DNA of 64,000 nt from Plasmodiophora brassicae (lineage: Eukaryota). A program made the translations under genes and the position numbers. Positions 22,087 through 31,706 of the stretch are shown piece by piece (the stretch's first letter is position 1; every line of letters begins with the position of its first letter). Location of the stretch: contig CP145421.1 of NCBI GenBank assembly GCA_036867785.1, positions 124,001 to 188,000 on the forward strand. Reading direction: 5' to 3'. Under the pieces are notes generated by a model. The model was not told the DNA's origin, searched no databases, and saw only the letters and a program-made list of their open reading frames with translations.

Positions 22087-24196
22087 CATTGGATGACACC
22101 GGAACGGGGGATGCTGATGGTAGCGGTGGGATAACGGCGTCGGCAGCAGCGGGTGATGATGTAAGAACGGCAACGGTGGACGGGGAACTGGCGGCGAGTA
22201 CGGGCGCGGCCTGTGAAGACTCGAGACCAGAGTTCGACCGCCCGAAGCCGAAGGTGAACGACGTTTCCAGGAATTCGGCCGTCGTGCTCTCGAATGTGTC
22301 ACCTCGTTCGACGTCATAGAAGCGCCATGCCTTCATCCCTGGCGTAAAGCCGATGAATACAGCGCGAACGCGACGATGATCCAGCTTGGTCGGCTTCTTC
22401 GAAGAGGGGTAAGGGCGCATGGCGTACGTGTCGCAGCCGTAGACGCGCAGGGAAGAGACATCAGGTTTAGCGAAGCGAGCCGCCTGGAACGATGAGCGAC
22501 GCCCCGGAAGGACGGATCGAGGATGGACATTGTAGAGGACGGCAGAATACGAGAGCGACCAGGGCCAGGTGAAATCGGGCATACGCGCGTGACACCGGAT
22601 AGCGCCTTCGATACAGCACAGGCTGTAGTTGACAATTTCGGCTCGGCCGCTCTGCTCGGGCGTATACGGAACCGACTTGCGATGAAGGATGCCGGACTCA
22701 TTGTAGAATGTAACGCATGCCTTGGAATTAAACTCGCCTCCGCCATCTGTTTGGAAGTCGGAAATGCCACGTCCCTCCTGGTTACGTAGACGTGCATCGT
22801 AGTGCTTGATGACATCGAGGGCGTCCGATTTTCGACGGAGCAGGTAGACGGCCAGGTAGCGCGTTGAATCATCCAGCATGGTCTGGTAATACTCGACGCC
22901 AATACCGACGACAGGCCACCGCCCGGAGAGGTCACTATGGACGAGATCGCCAACGCGACGTGCTCGCGACGTACTGGGAGGGAATGATGAGCGCTTGCCT
23001 TTGGTGAGAAGACAGGCCTCGCATGGACATCGATCCTGAAGCTTGGGAATGGGCTGATCGAAGGCCATTCCCCGACAGCGGCGCTGCAGGAGACGCAGAT
23101 AGACGTAGCCGAGATGTCCAACGCTGTAGACCGGACCGCCCAACTAGGCCACGGGAGCAGCTGCTCTCGTGGCCTAGTTGGGCGGTCCGGTCTACAACGC
23201 GCGCGTGCCAAAGGGCGGTCGATGCGGAGGCGACTGTGGCGGCGCGGCAGGACACGCTGGGCGCAGCCGATGAATAAATTTCAGTTGACGATGGGGCAGC
23301 GGGAGCACGGAGGGCGATCCTGTAGAGATTATCGGCTCCTCGCGTGCTGACCGCTAGCGGGGTCCCGACAGGGGACGTCCAGTTGTCCTTGGAATAGATG
23401 GTCGCGTTGGGCCCATCGAAGACGATCTTGTGTCCGGATCGGGTGATCTGTCCAACGGAGACGAGCGCTTGGCCGAGTCGTGGGACGTGCAGCGTGTCGT
23501 TCGGGACTGTTGTACGGAAACGTTGGGCAGCGGCTTGCAGACGAGCCGCGTACAAGGCGACCGATTCACCGGCTTGCTGTCGAACACTGAACAAATCTTT
23601 AGAAGCACGAATGACAGACGAAAACGTGCAGGGTCGCAGCATGCGGAAGAGAGCGCGCCAGCATTGCGCCGATGTACCGGCGTACAGCAAGTTGTAGCCG
23701 ATCAGAACGGTCTTGTCGACCATCTGAAACAAGAGTATCTCCCGAGCAGGTGCCTCCAGATCCGCGTCCACATTGTCGGGGATACTCGGAGTCGGCGATC
23801 CGTCCAGGTCGATGCCGACAATTCCCGCGAATCCACGGTTGGTAAACCAAGACGCGGCGGCGGGCGCCCAAGCGGCAAACATTTCGTGCTTGCCGTCGAA
23901 CCGAGGCGGAGGCACGCGATCTGTACCTGGACGCACTACGCCGTCCACAATGGTTGGGCGAGGCTGCGTCGCCGGCGTCGTGGCGATGCAGGAGTACGAT
24001 GCGGTTTGCTGTCGCAGGAATGCGATGCGCGCGATCTTCTCCTGTCGCTCGGCCTCAGCGAGCTGCGCGTCGAGATCTTGGACATCTGACTCCGCCGTTC
24101 GGCCGCGATCGGCCATGACGTTGGACGCGAGCGAAACGCCCAGAGCGCGGTTACGACTGTTAATCTGAAACGACGAAATCAGAGTGAGATATATTG
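22087..24196 (-). mobile_element. Truncated Copia (Copia-2): LTR end, PBS, gag, partial PR, integrase; RT/RH missing
   Basis: PBS 24152-24165, gag PRFDGK..FAAW, LHVPRLGQALVSV, WHAR|VGHL, VHSDLSG/TDGGGEF/EQSGRAE. Confidence 0.9.
23125..23196. mobile_element. 72-bp palindromic insertion with TGTAGA..TCTACA ends
   Basis: 36+36 inverted repeat with one mismatch, 4-bp TSD ACGC. Removing it restores WHARVGHL. Confidence 0.9.
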
Positions 24197-25887
24197 TGCC
24201 TTTATGGCGGAAGAAGGGCAGAGAAAGTCTCACAAAAATGCGCAGTCACAAAACCGCGCCGGTGATCTCCGCCAGAATACCTGTACATACCTACTTACCT
24301 ATCAACAAGGTTTAACAGCATCCAGCGCATTGGATTTGTTTATTCAACCCTGCCATCCGCACCCGTTCGAAGGATGCGAGCCCGGGCACCGACGTTTCTT
24401 AAAATCTGTGTGCGCGAACTGGTCCCCCCATCGTCTAGCGAATTCGTCGTCATGATCGTTACAATGTCGCCTCAAACAGTTCAAGACGGGGGTCAGGACA
24501 TTATAATAGAACGTTCTCATGGACGGCGTGAACGAATTCTTGGCCCTCCCTGCACACTGGATCTCAATACGCCGCATCGTTCGCAACTTCGCGTGCGTAT
24601 CAATGTTCGACATGTCCCGATTAGCGACGTCAAAATCGCCTGCTTCACGACGACGACGTTTCCCGGATCGAGGTTCGGGTTCAAGGTCATTACGTGGTTG
24701 CTCGTCAGAAATTCCACCTGCCTGTCGCCCATTGTCAGCAATGGGAACGTGGGCACGCGGTTGTGATTGAGGAAGTCCTCGTTCAGCGTCTGCGTTGAAG
24801 GCATCGTTATTGTTGGCGGGCGCATCTCCACTGGAATCCTTGTCGCTAGACACAGCAGGTCGTGCCCGGTTACGCCCACGAGCAGAGCGGCGCTGGTCGG
24901 CATTGTTATCGGCAGCATCAGGAGCATGACGATCTTGAACTCCTAGTCGCCGAACCCTTTCGCTTGCATCAGCGCAAGAATGTTGTCGATTTTCGTGTCG
25001 ATACTCTGATCCCTCGCCTGCAGGATAGCTTGTGAGAGTGCTATGATGTTTCTGGTCTTGTTCCGAGCCAGCACTCTTTGAGCAACCAAATTCTCGACGA
25101 AGATCCGTACATGCCTAAACAAATCCGGCAGGCCGCCGATGGGATTCTCGTTCAGAGCCACCAGTTCTCTATGGTCGGACATGTGGATCGCCTCCCATGT
25201 GTAATCGACGGTTAACAAAGCGCTTCGCCTGTTGACGAGTCAGTTCCGAAATTGCGTTAGGTTCACATGAATGCGAATTACTTCTGAAGCGATATCATCT
25301 TCAGGAAAGCTGCTGCCGATCCGTAGTACCGTTTAGCGCTTTCAACGGTTTTGTGCCGTGCTGACAGCATGATCTGCCCCAGTTCACCTTTCCCCCAAAT
25401 AGCTAACAAATAGCCAGTTTTTCGGAGGGTATGCGTTCCCCAAACTCGCCCGTCATCGCGTCCAACAACGTCCGAGAGCAGCTTCTTCAGTCTACGGCCA
25501 CGATTCGCCGTCAAATACACATTCGTAAGTGCACCATACGAGACCTACTGGTTGTTAAAGGTGGTGAAATCGAAGCAGTCACTAAAACCCTTCTTCTTGG
25601 GAAATAGGTAACCCGACGTTATGCCTGATACGCTGAGCCACAGTAGCAGGTGGCTAACCAAGCATAGTTCGGGAACATCTGTACAGCGCCATATCATTAA
25701 CGGGACAAACGATCCATCAGCCTTGCCCTTGATCTTGACGCCCATGCAGTTAACGTCGCCATTATCGGGATTGACAGATACCAGACTCGTCAGAATGTCT
25801 TCAATTCGGAATGGACACCCTTCGGCGGATCGGAGGAAGAGCTGGCAGTGGAAAAGGATCATCGTATAGAGACGAAGTCCCTCATAT

Positions 25888-26072
25888 TGTAGACGGTGGA
25901 GCAGTGCAGCATGCCCTGTCGCAGCCAGAGATACCAAGAACAGCATCTAGGAGAGGCAGCCCTAAGACCAGGAGAGTCCGTACGGCATGCGGGAAGGCCG
26001 GACGGCGTAGAGGGGGAAGGATTGGAGAGATCTGGGAACGAGGACGCTGAGGCTCTCGATACACGATCTACA
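25888..26072. mobile_element. Solo LTR (185 bp)
   Basis: TGTAGA...TCTACA termini, 4-bp TSD ATAT. Removal restores the YR reading frame. Confidence 0.85.
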
Positions 26073-26859
26073 ATATCGATCTGCGCTGAGTAGCGCTTTG
26101 CGAATGGCGATCAGTTCATGTGGCATCAGAGGCGAATCACCTTGCGCAGTGTAATCAACGAGGTCGATTTGCGTCACGCGACGGTACCGGTTCTTCACGT
26201 TCTGATGCGATCGCGGGCAGCCCGATCTCCACAAGCGCGGGACTCCAGCGTGAAAATTACACGAGACATTATTGTCCCGGTACGCGACAATACACGCAGG
26301 ACATGGTTCTGAGTACTGTCCGCTCTGGTGCCTCGCAACATGCAAATCACTGACAGCTGACAACAGCTGGTTGCATGAGTTCGGATCGTTCCAGGCACCC
26401 GTTGCGAGGATAGGCTGTCTCGAGAAGTAATCCAGAACGGGACCAACGCGATGAGAACTGACGGCATCGTCACGATGCACAACAACGGGAGTGCCAGGTG
26501 GCAGGACCTTGAAATCGATGAACGCCATGAGTGTGTCTGCACTCATCGATGGACAGAATTCGGTGGGAGCTCGCTCGTCGAGAATGATCAATGACTCAAA
26601 ATCACCAATTCGTTTGCAGAACAGAGCCAGCTGACGGTAGAGCTGCTTGTACTGCTTGTGCGAGTTCTGCTTCAGGACGCGATTGCCAGTCAGTTGCCTG
26701 TCACGATCAGGCAAGCTGATGCAACGAACGCTTTGACGGACTGGCGAAGTCCGTCGCGGGGTTCTCGGTTTATTCCGGACAGTCCTCACATAATAGTCCC
26801 CTTCTAGCGATGGGCCTCTGACGGGTCCGGGATAGAAGGGCAGACGGATGGCCTCTGAT

Positions 26860-27142
26860 GGGTCGCAGACGAACGGACAGGCGGATGAGCAGGCAGACGG
26901 ACGGGCAGACGGACGGACAGACGAACGGACAGGCGGATGAGCAGGCAGACGGGCGGGCAGACGGACGGACAGACGAACGATGAGCAGGCAGACGGGCGGG
27001 CAGACGGACGGACAGACGGACGAACGGGCAGACGGACGGACAGACGGACGAACGGGCAGACGGACGGACAGACGGACGAACGGGCAGACGGACGGATTAG
27101 CAGACGGACGGAGAGACGGGCGGGCGGGCAGACGGACGAACA
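26860..27142. repeat. (GACG/GGCA/GACA)n tetranucleotide-based microsatellite inside TRIM-C
   Basis: Visible GGAC/AGAC/GGGC iterations. Confidence 0.9.
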
Positions 27143-27166
27143 GGTTTGGTTAGTGACAGCACGTCG

Positions 27167-27965
27167 CAACCGAGGCCTTGACGTTGTGCAGGAGATGCCG
27201 AGGCGGGATCGACACTGGCGGACGGACGGACGGGTAGAGACAGCAAGCGGTCAGGGAAACACCGGCGGCCTGGGAGGCAAACAGCACGGCGGGACACGCG
27301 CACTCTGGAACTTGGACCAGCTGCGACCGAGGCCTTGACGTTGTGCAGGAGATGCCGAGGCGGGATCGGCACGGACGGACGGGAAGAGACAGCAAGTGGT
27401 CAGGGGAACACCGGTGGCCTGAGAGGCATACAGCACGGCGGGACACGTACTCTGGGACTTGGGCCAGGTACGACCAAGGCCTTGACGTTCTGCGGGGGAT
27501 GCCGAGGCGAGATCGGCACGGACGGACGGACGGGCGGGAAGAGACAGCAAGCGGTCAGGGGAACACCGGTGGCCTGAGAGGCATACAGCACGGCGGGACA
27601 CGCACTCTGGGACTTGGACCAGGTACGACCGAGGCCTTGACGTTCTGCGGGGGATGCCGAGGCGAGATCGGCACGGACGGACGGGAAGAGACAGCAAGCG
27701 GTCAGGGGAACACCGGTGGCCTGAGAGGCATACAGCACGGCGGGACACGCACTCTGGGACTTGGACCAGGTACGACCGAGGCCTTGACGTTCTGCGGGGG
27801 ATGCCGAGGCGAGATCGGCACGGACGGACGGGAAGAGACAGCAAGCGGTCAGGGGAACACCGGTGGCCTGAGAGGCATACAGCACGGCGGGACACGCACT
27901 CTGGGACTTGGACCAGGTACGACCGAGGCCTTGACGTTCTGCAGGAGATGCCGAGGCGGGATCGA
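27167..27965. repeat. ~147-bp tandem repeat, ~5.3 copies, inside TRIM-C
   Basis: GACC(G/A)AGGCCTTGACG recurs at 27325, 27472, 27627, 27774, 27921. Confidence 0.95.
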
Positions 27966-28614
27966 CAGGAGGGTGGTGGGATAGGTAGTCCGTCAAAATG
28001 TCACGATCAGGCAAGCTGATGCAACGAACGCTTTGACGGACTGGCGAAGTCCGTCGCGGGGTTCTCGGTTTATTCCGGACAGTCCTCACATTGCCCGCCG
28101 TGAGCTGAGAAGCGCAGGCCCATGCGGGCCAATGCCTCGCCGACTCTCTGCCGAACCACATCTTCTTGCGACGTTGTGAGCGGACGCATTCGCTGTTGCA
28201 CACCGTTGTCGACCAACTCGTCAACTGCAGACGCCCCGAAAGACCGCCTCTCTTGCCGAAGATTGCGCCGACGGGGTCGCAGTGCCCCCGACCCCGTAGG
28301 GGGAAGGGTACGGGGAAGGAGAGGGGAAGGTGCGGGGAAGGTGGCCATTTTGCAACCGGATAACGTCTTTCCTATAGATTATTTGTCAGGATAATATGTC
28401 ATATGGACCCAAAATAGAAGCATGGGAGAGCCTGATTTCGTGAGAGCACTGGAATGAACCACAATGTCGACAGGAGTCCGAACCTTCGGGACGAGGTGGA
28501 GGCTGGAATGGACTATCCAGGATGAAAGCTACCGTTTGCCTCCAAGGTCCTCATTTTTCGCTACATCCTGTCAAACATGCATGTCATATTATACGACACA
28601 ATCCACGGAGTTTG

Positions 28615-28726
28615 GGGCTAAATCGGGGCACGCAGTTTGTCTAAATATAGTCCAGGACCGTCAGGTGGGCGGTGGCAGCACGTTGATGTAGGGAACGAGA
28701 CGCTATAAATAGAGCCCCGCTCTACA
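28615..28726 (-). mobile_element. Truncated Gypsy-2 family LTR fragment
   Basis: Near-identical to 16235-16343 and 21978-22086. Confidence 0.85.
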
Positions 28727-28857
28727 ATGGTTCGCCAGACGCTAGAAAAGTTCATTTTCAAGAAATGTCATTTACTGACAAAATGTCATTAGGGCCAAAA
28801 ATGACGATTGTTCCGGTTGCCAGACGCACCCTTAAGTCCTAGGGAGTCCTATCAGGG

Positions 28858-29758
28858 CTAAGCCACTGGTGTGACAAAAATGTCGTGTTCCATTGCGCTA
28901 CATACACGCGACACAGTGCCATGGACGAAATCGTGTCGATAGAAGACGGAGTGGCACCGGCCAGGGACACTTGAGGATTCTAGGCGAAACGATCCCTCGA
29001 TTTCCGATATACCAATTTGCCGGCAGTATTGGCAGGTGCCATGCCGTTGTAGGAAGTAATCGGCACATTCCTGGTGCACCAAGTGGCCACACCCGGGATG
29101 CTGGAGCAAACGAAGATCATTCGGGAACCCACGTCGACATTTAAGGCATCTGCAGATGGTTTAGGTCATAGACAAACATTTGAACGCGTCGTACGTTACC
29201 GGATGTGTGGATGCTGGGTAGGATGCATAAAAACCAATGCCTCCGCATCCAAGGTTGGACGTGGGGTTATTTGCTGGCCCAACAGGAACGTGGACGATTT
29301 CGAGACACTCCACGAGCGTTGTTCTAATGCGTCGAAAGAAATTATGAACAGCTCGATACGTAGTACACAGGCAGCAGACAGAAGCAATACACGCTCGTCA
29401 TGTGAGAGAGCAGAGACGTGATCCCATACCCATTGGAGAATGTCTTCGATGATCTGCCATTAACCGGCACACCACATCAGCATTGACAACCGGCATACGG
29501 GCGAAAACGTAACCTAACCTGACCGTTGTCATTCATAAAATCCACGAGGACTTTCAACATCGATACATTGGCAATAGGCCACACGGACGCAGATAGCCTG
29601 CCTTGTTTCATCTCGTCTCGCATATGACCGGAGTGAATTATAGCCTGGACGTCGGTTACCTTAAACGCAGATTGGCAATCGTTTGGATATAGCCGAAACG
29701 CTTCGCCGAGGCCAATGAGTAGGGGCATCATCACATGAATAAGCGAACCGAGCGGCAT
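28858..29758 (-). CDS. Putative secreted SKP1/BTB-like + RING-H2 protein (261 aa, 3 exons)
   Basis: Exons 29758-29519, 29453-29200, 29149-28858 splice in frame via GT-AG introns. Hydrophobic N-terminus, SKP1-like pattern (IANVSMLKVLVDFM..W.WD..LLLSAACVLRIELF), RING-H2 CLKC..CGHLVHQEC..CQYC. Confidence 0.8.
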
Positions 29759-30723
29759 GGTCTGGCGCGGGTATGAGTAGGTAGGGGAGTCGAAGATATT
29801 GGTTGGCACCCAGCAGCCGTCGAACTTTTCAGCTGAACGCGATCGGTAGTCGATATCAGACTGGCCGGCGACCAGGCCGCAATCCGCACTCCTCACGGCA
29901 TCACTCTCTAGTGCGCGGCAGTCCGCGTGCACACTGCGCACTGCGCAGTGCCTCCTGCGGTCCTGCCTACCCTTCCCCGGCCTCCGGCCGCAGCCCGCAG
30001 CCCCCAGTCCCCAGTGGACCCTGAAGATGTAAGCTGCTCCTCGGGCCCAGTTGGCAGGCCGGTCTGCAAAACGATAAGACCCGCCGGCGCGCTGTTGAGC
30101 AGCCTCGTCTGGGGCATCCGTGAATTGGCAATATCGCCCGCGCCAGACTACTGAGTACTGACTTTCGCGACCGACAGCGCACAGAATGGGGCGGTCGGCG
30201 AGTGTCGCCCAACGGTGCGCCGCTGGGCGCAGGCGACAATGCGCCGCTGGGAATGCCCGACATCCCGAGCCGTGACCATCTGGCGAGGGCCGACGCTCGG
30301 GGCCCGCACGCGCTTGCGCGCACCAATCGAAGCTCGCGGCAACATGACGACCGAGAGACAGACGCCGCCGCCTGGGTGCCGGCCCGTCCCAGTGCACTGT
30401 GTCGCTGCCGTGTCGCTGCCGTCGCTCGGGGGAGGGATCCAGCACCACATGCAGCGAGCACTTTGCCTGATGCTGCGTCGGTCCCAAGACGCGTCGTCGA
30501 TTGGCGACAGCAGACAGGCGTGTCCCGTTCGTCCAATCGTACGGCTCGACGTCGGTCTAGTGCCGGCCGGACTGCTGGGTCATCTGCCGCGCGAGAGATT
30601 TTGTCCGGACTGAAGCAGTTTGGCCTAGACCATGTCATCCCGACCTGCTGGAAGCGGCCATATCGGACCTCGACGATCGGCATCCGGGACCAAGACCGGA
30701 GCCCACCACACGTCCAGCTTAGG

Positions 30724-30918
30724 TGTGAGGACTGTCCGGAATAAACCGAGAACCCCGCGACGGACTTCGCCAGTCCGTCAAAGCGTTCGTTGCATCAGCT
30801 TGCCTGGTCGTGACATTTTGACGGACTACCTATCCCACCACCCTCCTGTCGATCCCGCCTCGGCATCTCCTGCACAACGTCAAGGCCTCGGTCGCAGCTG
30901 GTCCAAGTTCCAGAGTGC
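30724..30918 (+). mobile_element. Truncated TRIM-C copy (5' LTR + PBS + start of body)
   Basis: LTR 30724-30815 nearly identical to the TRIM-C LTR, followed by TTTTGACGGACT. Confidence 0.9.
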
Positions 30919-31706
30919 GTCGCGCCGGCATGAACGCGCCGATGAACCGTGATCATCATAGGTGCAGCTAGGCTGTGCATATGATACACACTGCCATGCT
31001 GCCGACGTCGCTGCGCGAGGGCGGCATCGGCCTCTTGGCTTTCATCGACGTGCGCGCCGTGCAACGAGCGCCGACTGGAGGCGACCCGGTCGCCGTTCGA
31101 CGCTGGCGCGACGTTCGAGACGTCGGCCTCGGTCGCGTTCCAGGCAAATTGCCGGCCGGAGGCGGCCGGCGACCTGCTCACCGACCGCCGGTTGGGTACG
31201 CCGACGTCCTGACACGACATGGCCATGGATGAGGCCGACGCGGTCGTTCACCGGGCCCCTGATCCTGGATTCGCCACGCTGTGCACGCCACCGACGACGA
31301 CGACCGGGGCCTGGGCCAGCCGGTCGCTGTCGTCGTCGACTACGCCCTCCTGGGCATTGGGTGTTAGCGATCAGGAATGTCCCTCGATCGGCAATACCGT
31401 AAAAAGCAATGTGCCGAACCCGATCCTCGAGTGCACCGAGGTACCTGAGGTCATCTACTGTGAACCTGCACCAAAACGGGCATGAATTGCATTGCACAGC
31501 TTCTCCATTACATCTGCGCGCCTGGACGGAACGGTCTCGATGCAAACTCTATTAGTTTCCACGACCTGGGCTGCAGCTACTAAAAGCTTAACACATTCAA
31601 CGCGCCTACTGCTAGGTTAGATACTAATGGTACGGGGTTTGTTGATCGATACTTGTACCTATTCGCGCCGGGTGGACTCGTAAGCTGGTCTGCGCAGTGC
31701 TTCGCG

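Larger units (their letters stand above)
26699..28090 (-). mobile_element. Non-coding TRIM-like element (TRIM-C) with 92-bp LTRs
   Basis: Identical LTRs 26699-26790 and 27999-28090, TSD TTGCC, PPT AGAAGGGG, self-complementary PBS. Confidence 0.93.
24344..28348 (-). pseudogene. Tyrosine recombinase, disrupted by two LTR-type insertions and one frameshift
   Basis: Catalytic LRSAE..KGK..THTLRK..ARHK..RYY. Introns 25492-25548 and 25229-25281. Removing 26699-28090 and 25888-26072 (plus TSDs) restores frame (AHGGQLTGN; SADRYEGL). Frameshift ~24962. Confidence 0.85.
24203..28406 (-). mobile_element. Crypton-like tyrosine-recombinase DNA transposon (~2.6 kb after removing nested insertions)
   Basis: Intron-containing YR gene with no RT. 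Direct repeat TATGG at 24203-24207 and 28402-28406 brackets the gene closely. Confidence 0.72.

Noticed and set aside
27167-27965. CRISPR-like array
   Set aside because: Units are contiguous near-identical 147-bp repeats with no unique spacers; eukaryotic context, no cas genes.
26804-28224. Repetitive ORFs (e.g. SVRP-rich, 214 aa, 274 aa)
   Set aside because: Translation artefacts of the microsatellite and 147-bp repeats inside TRIM-C.
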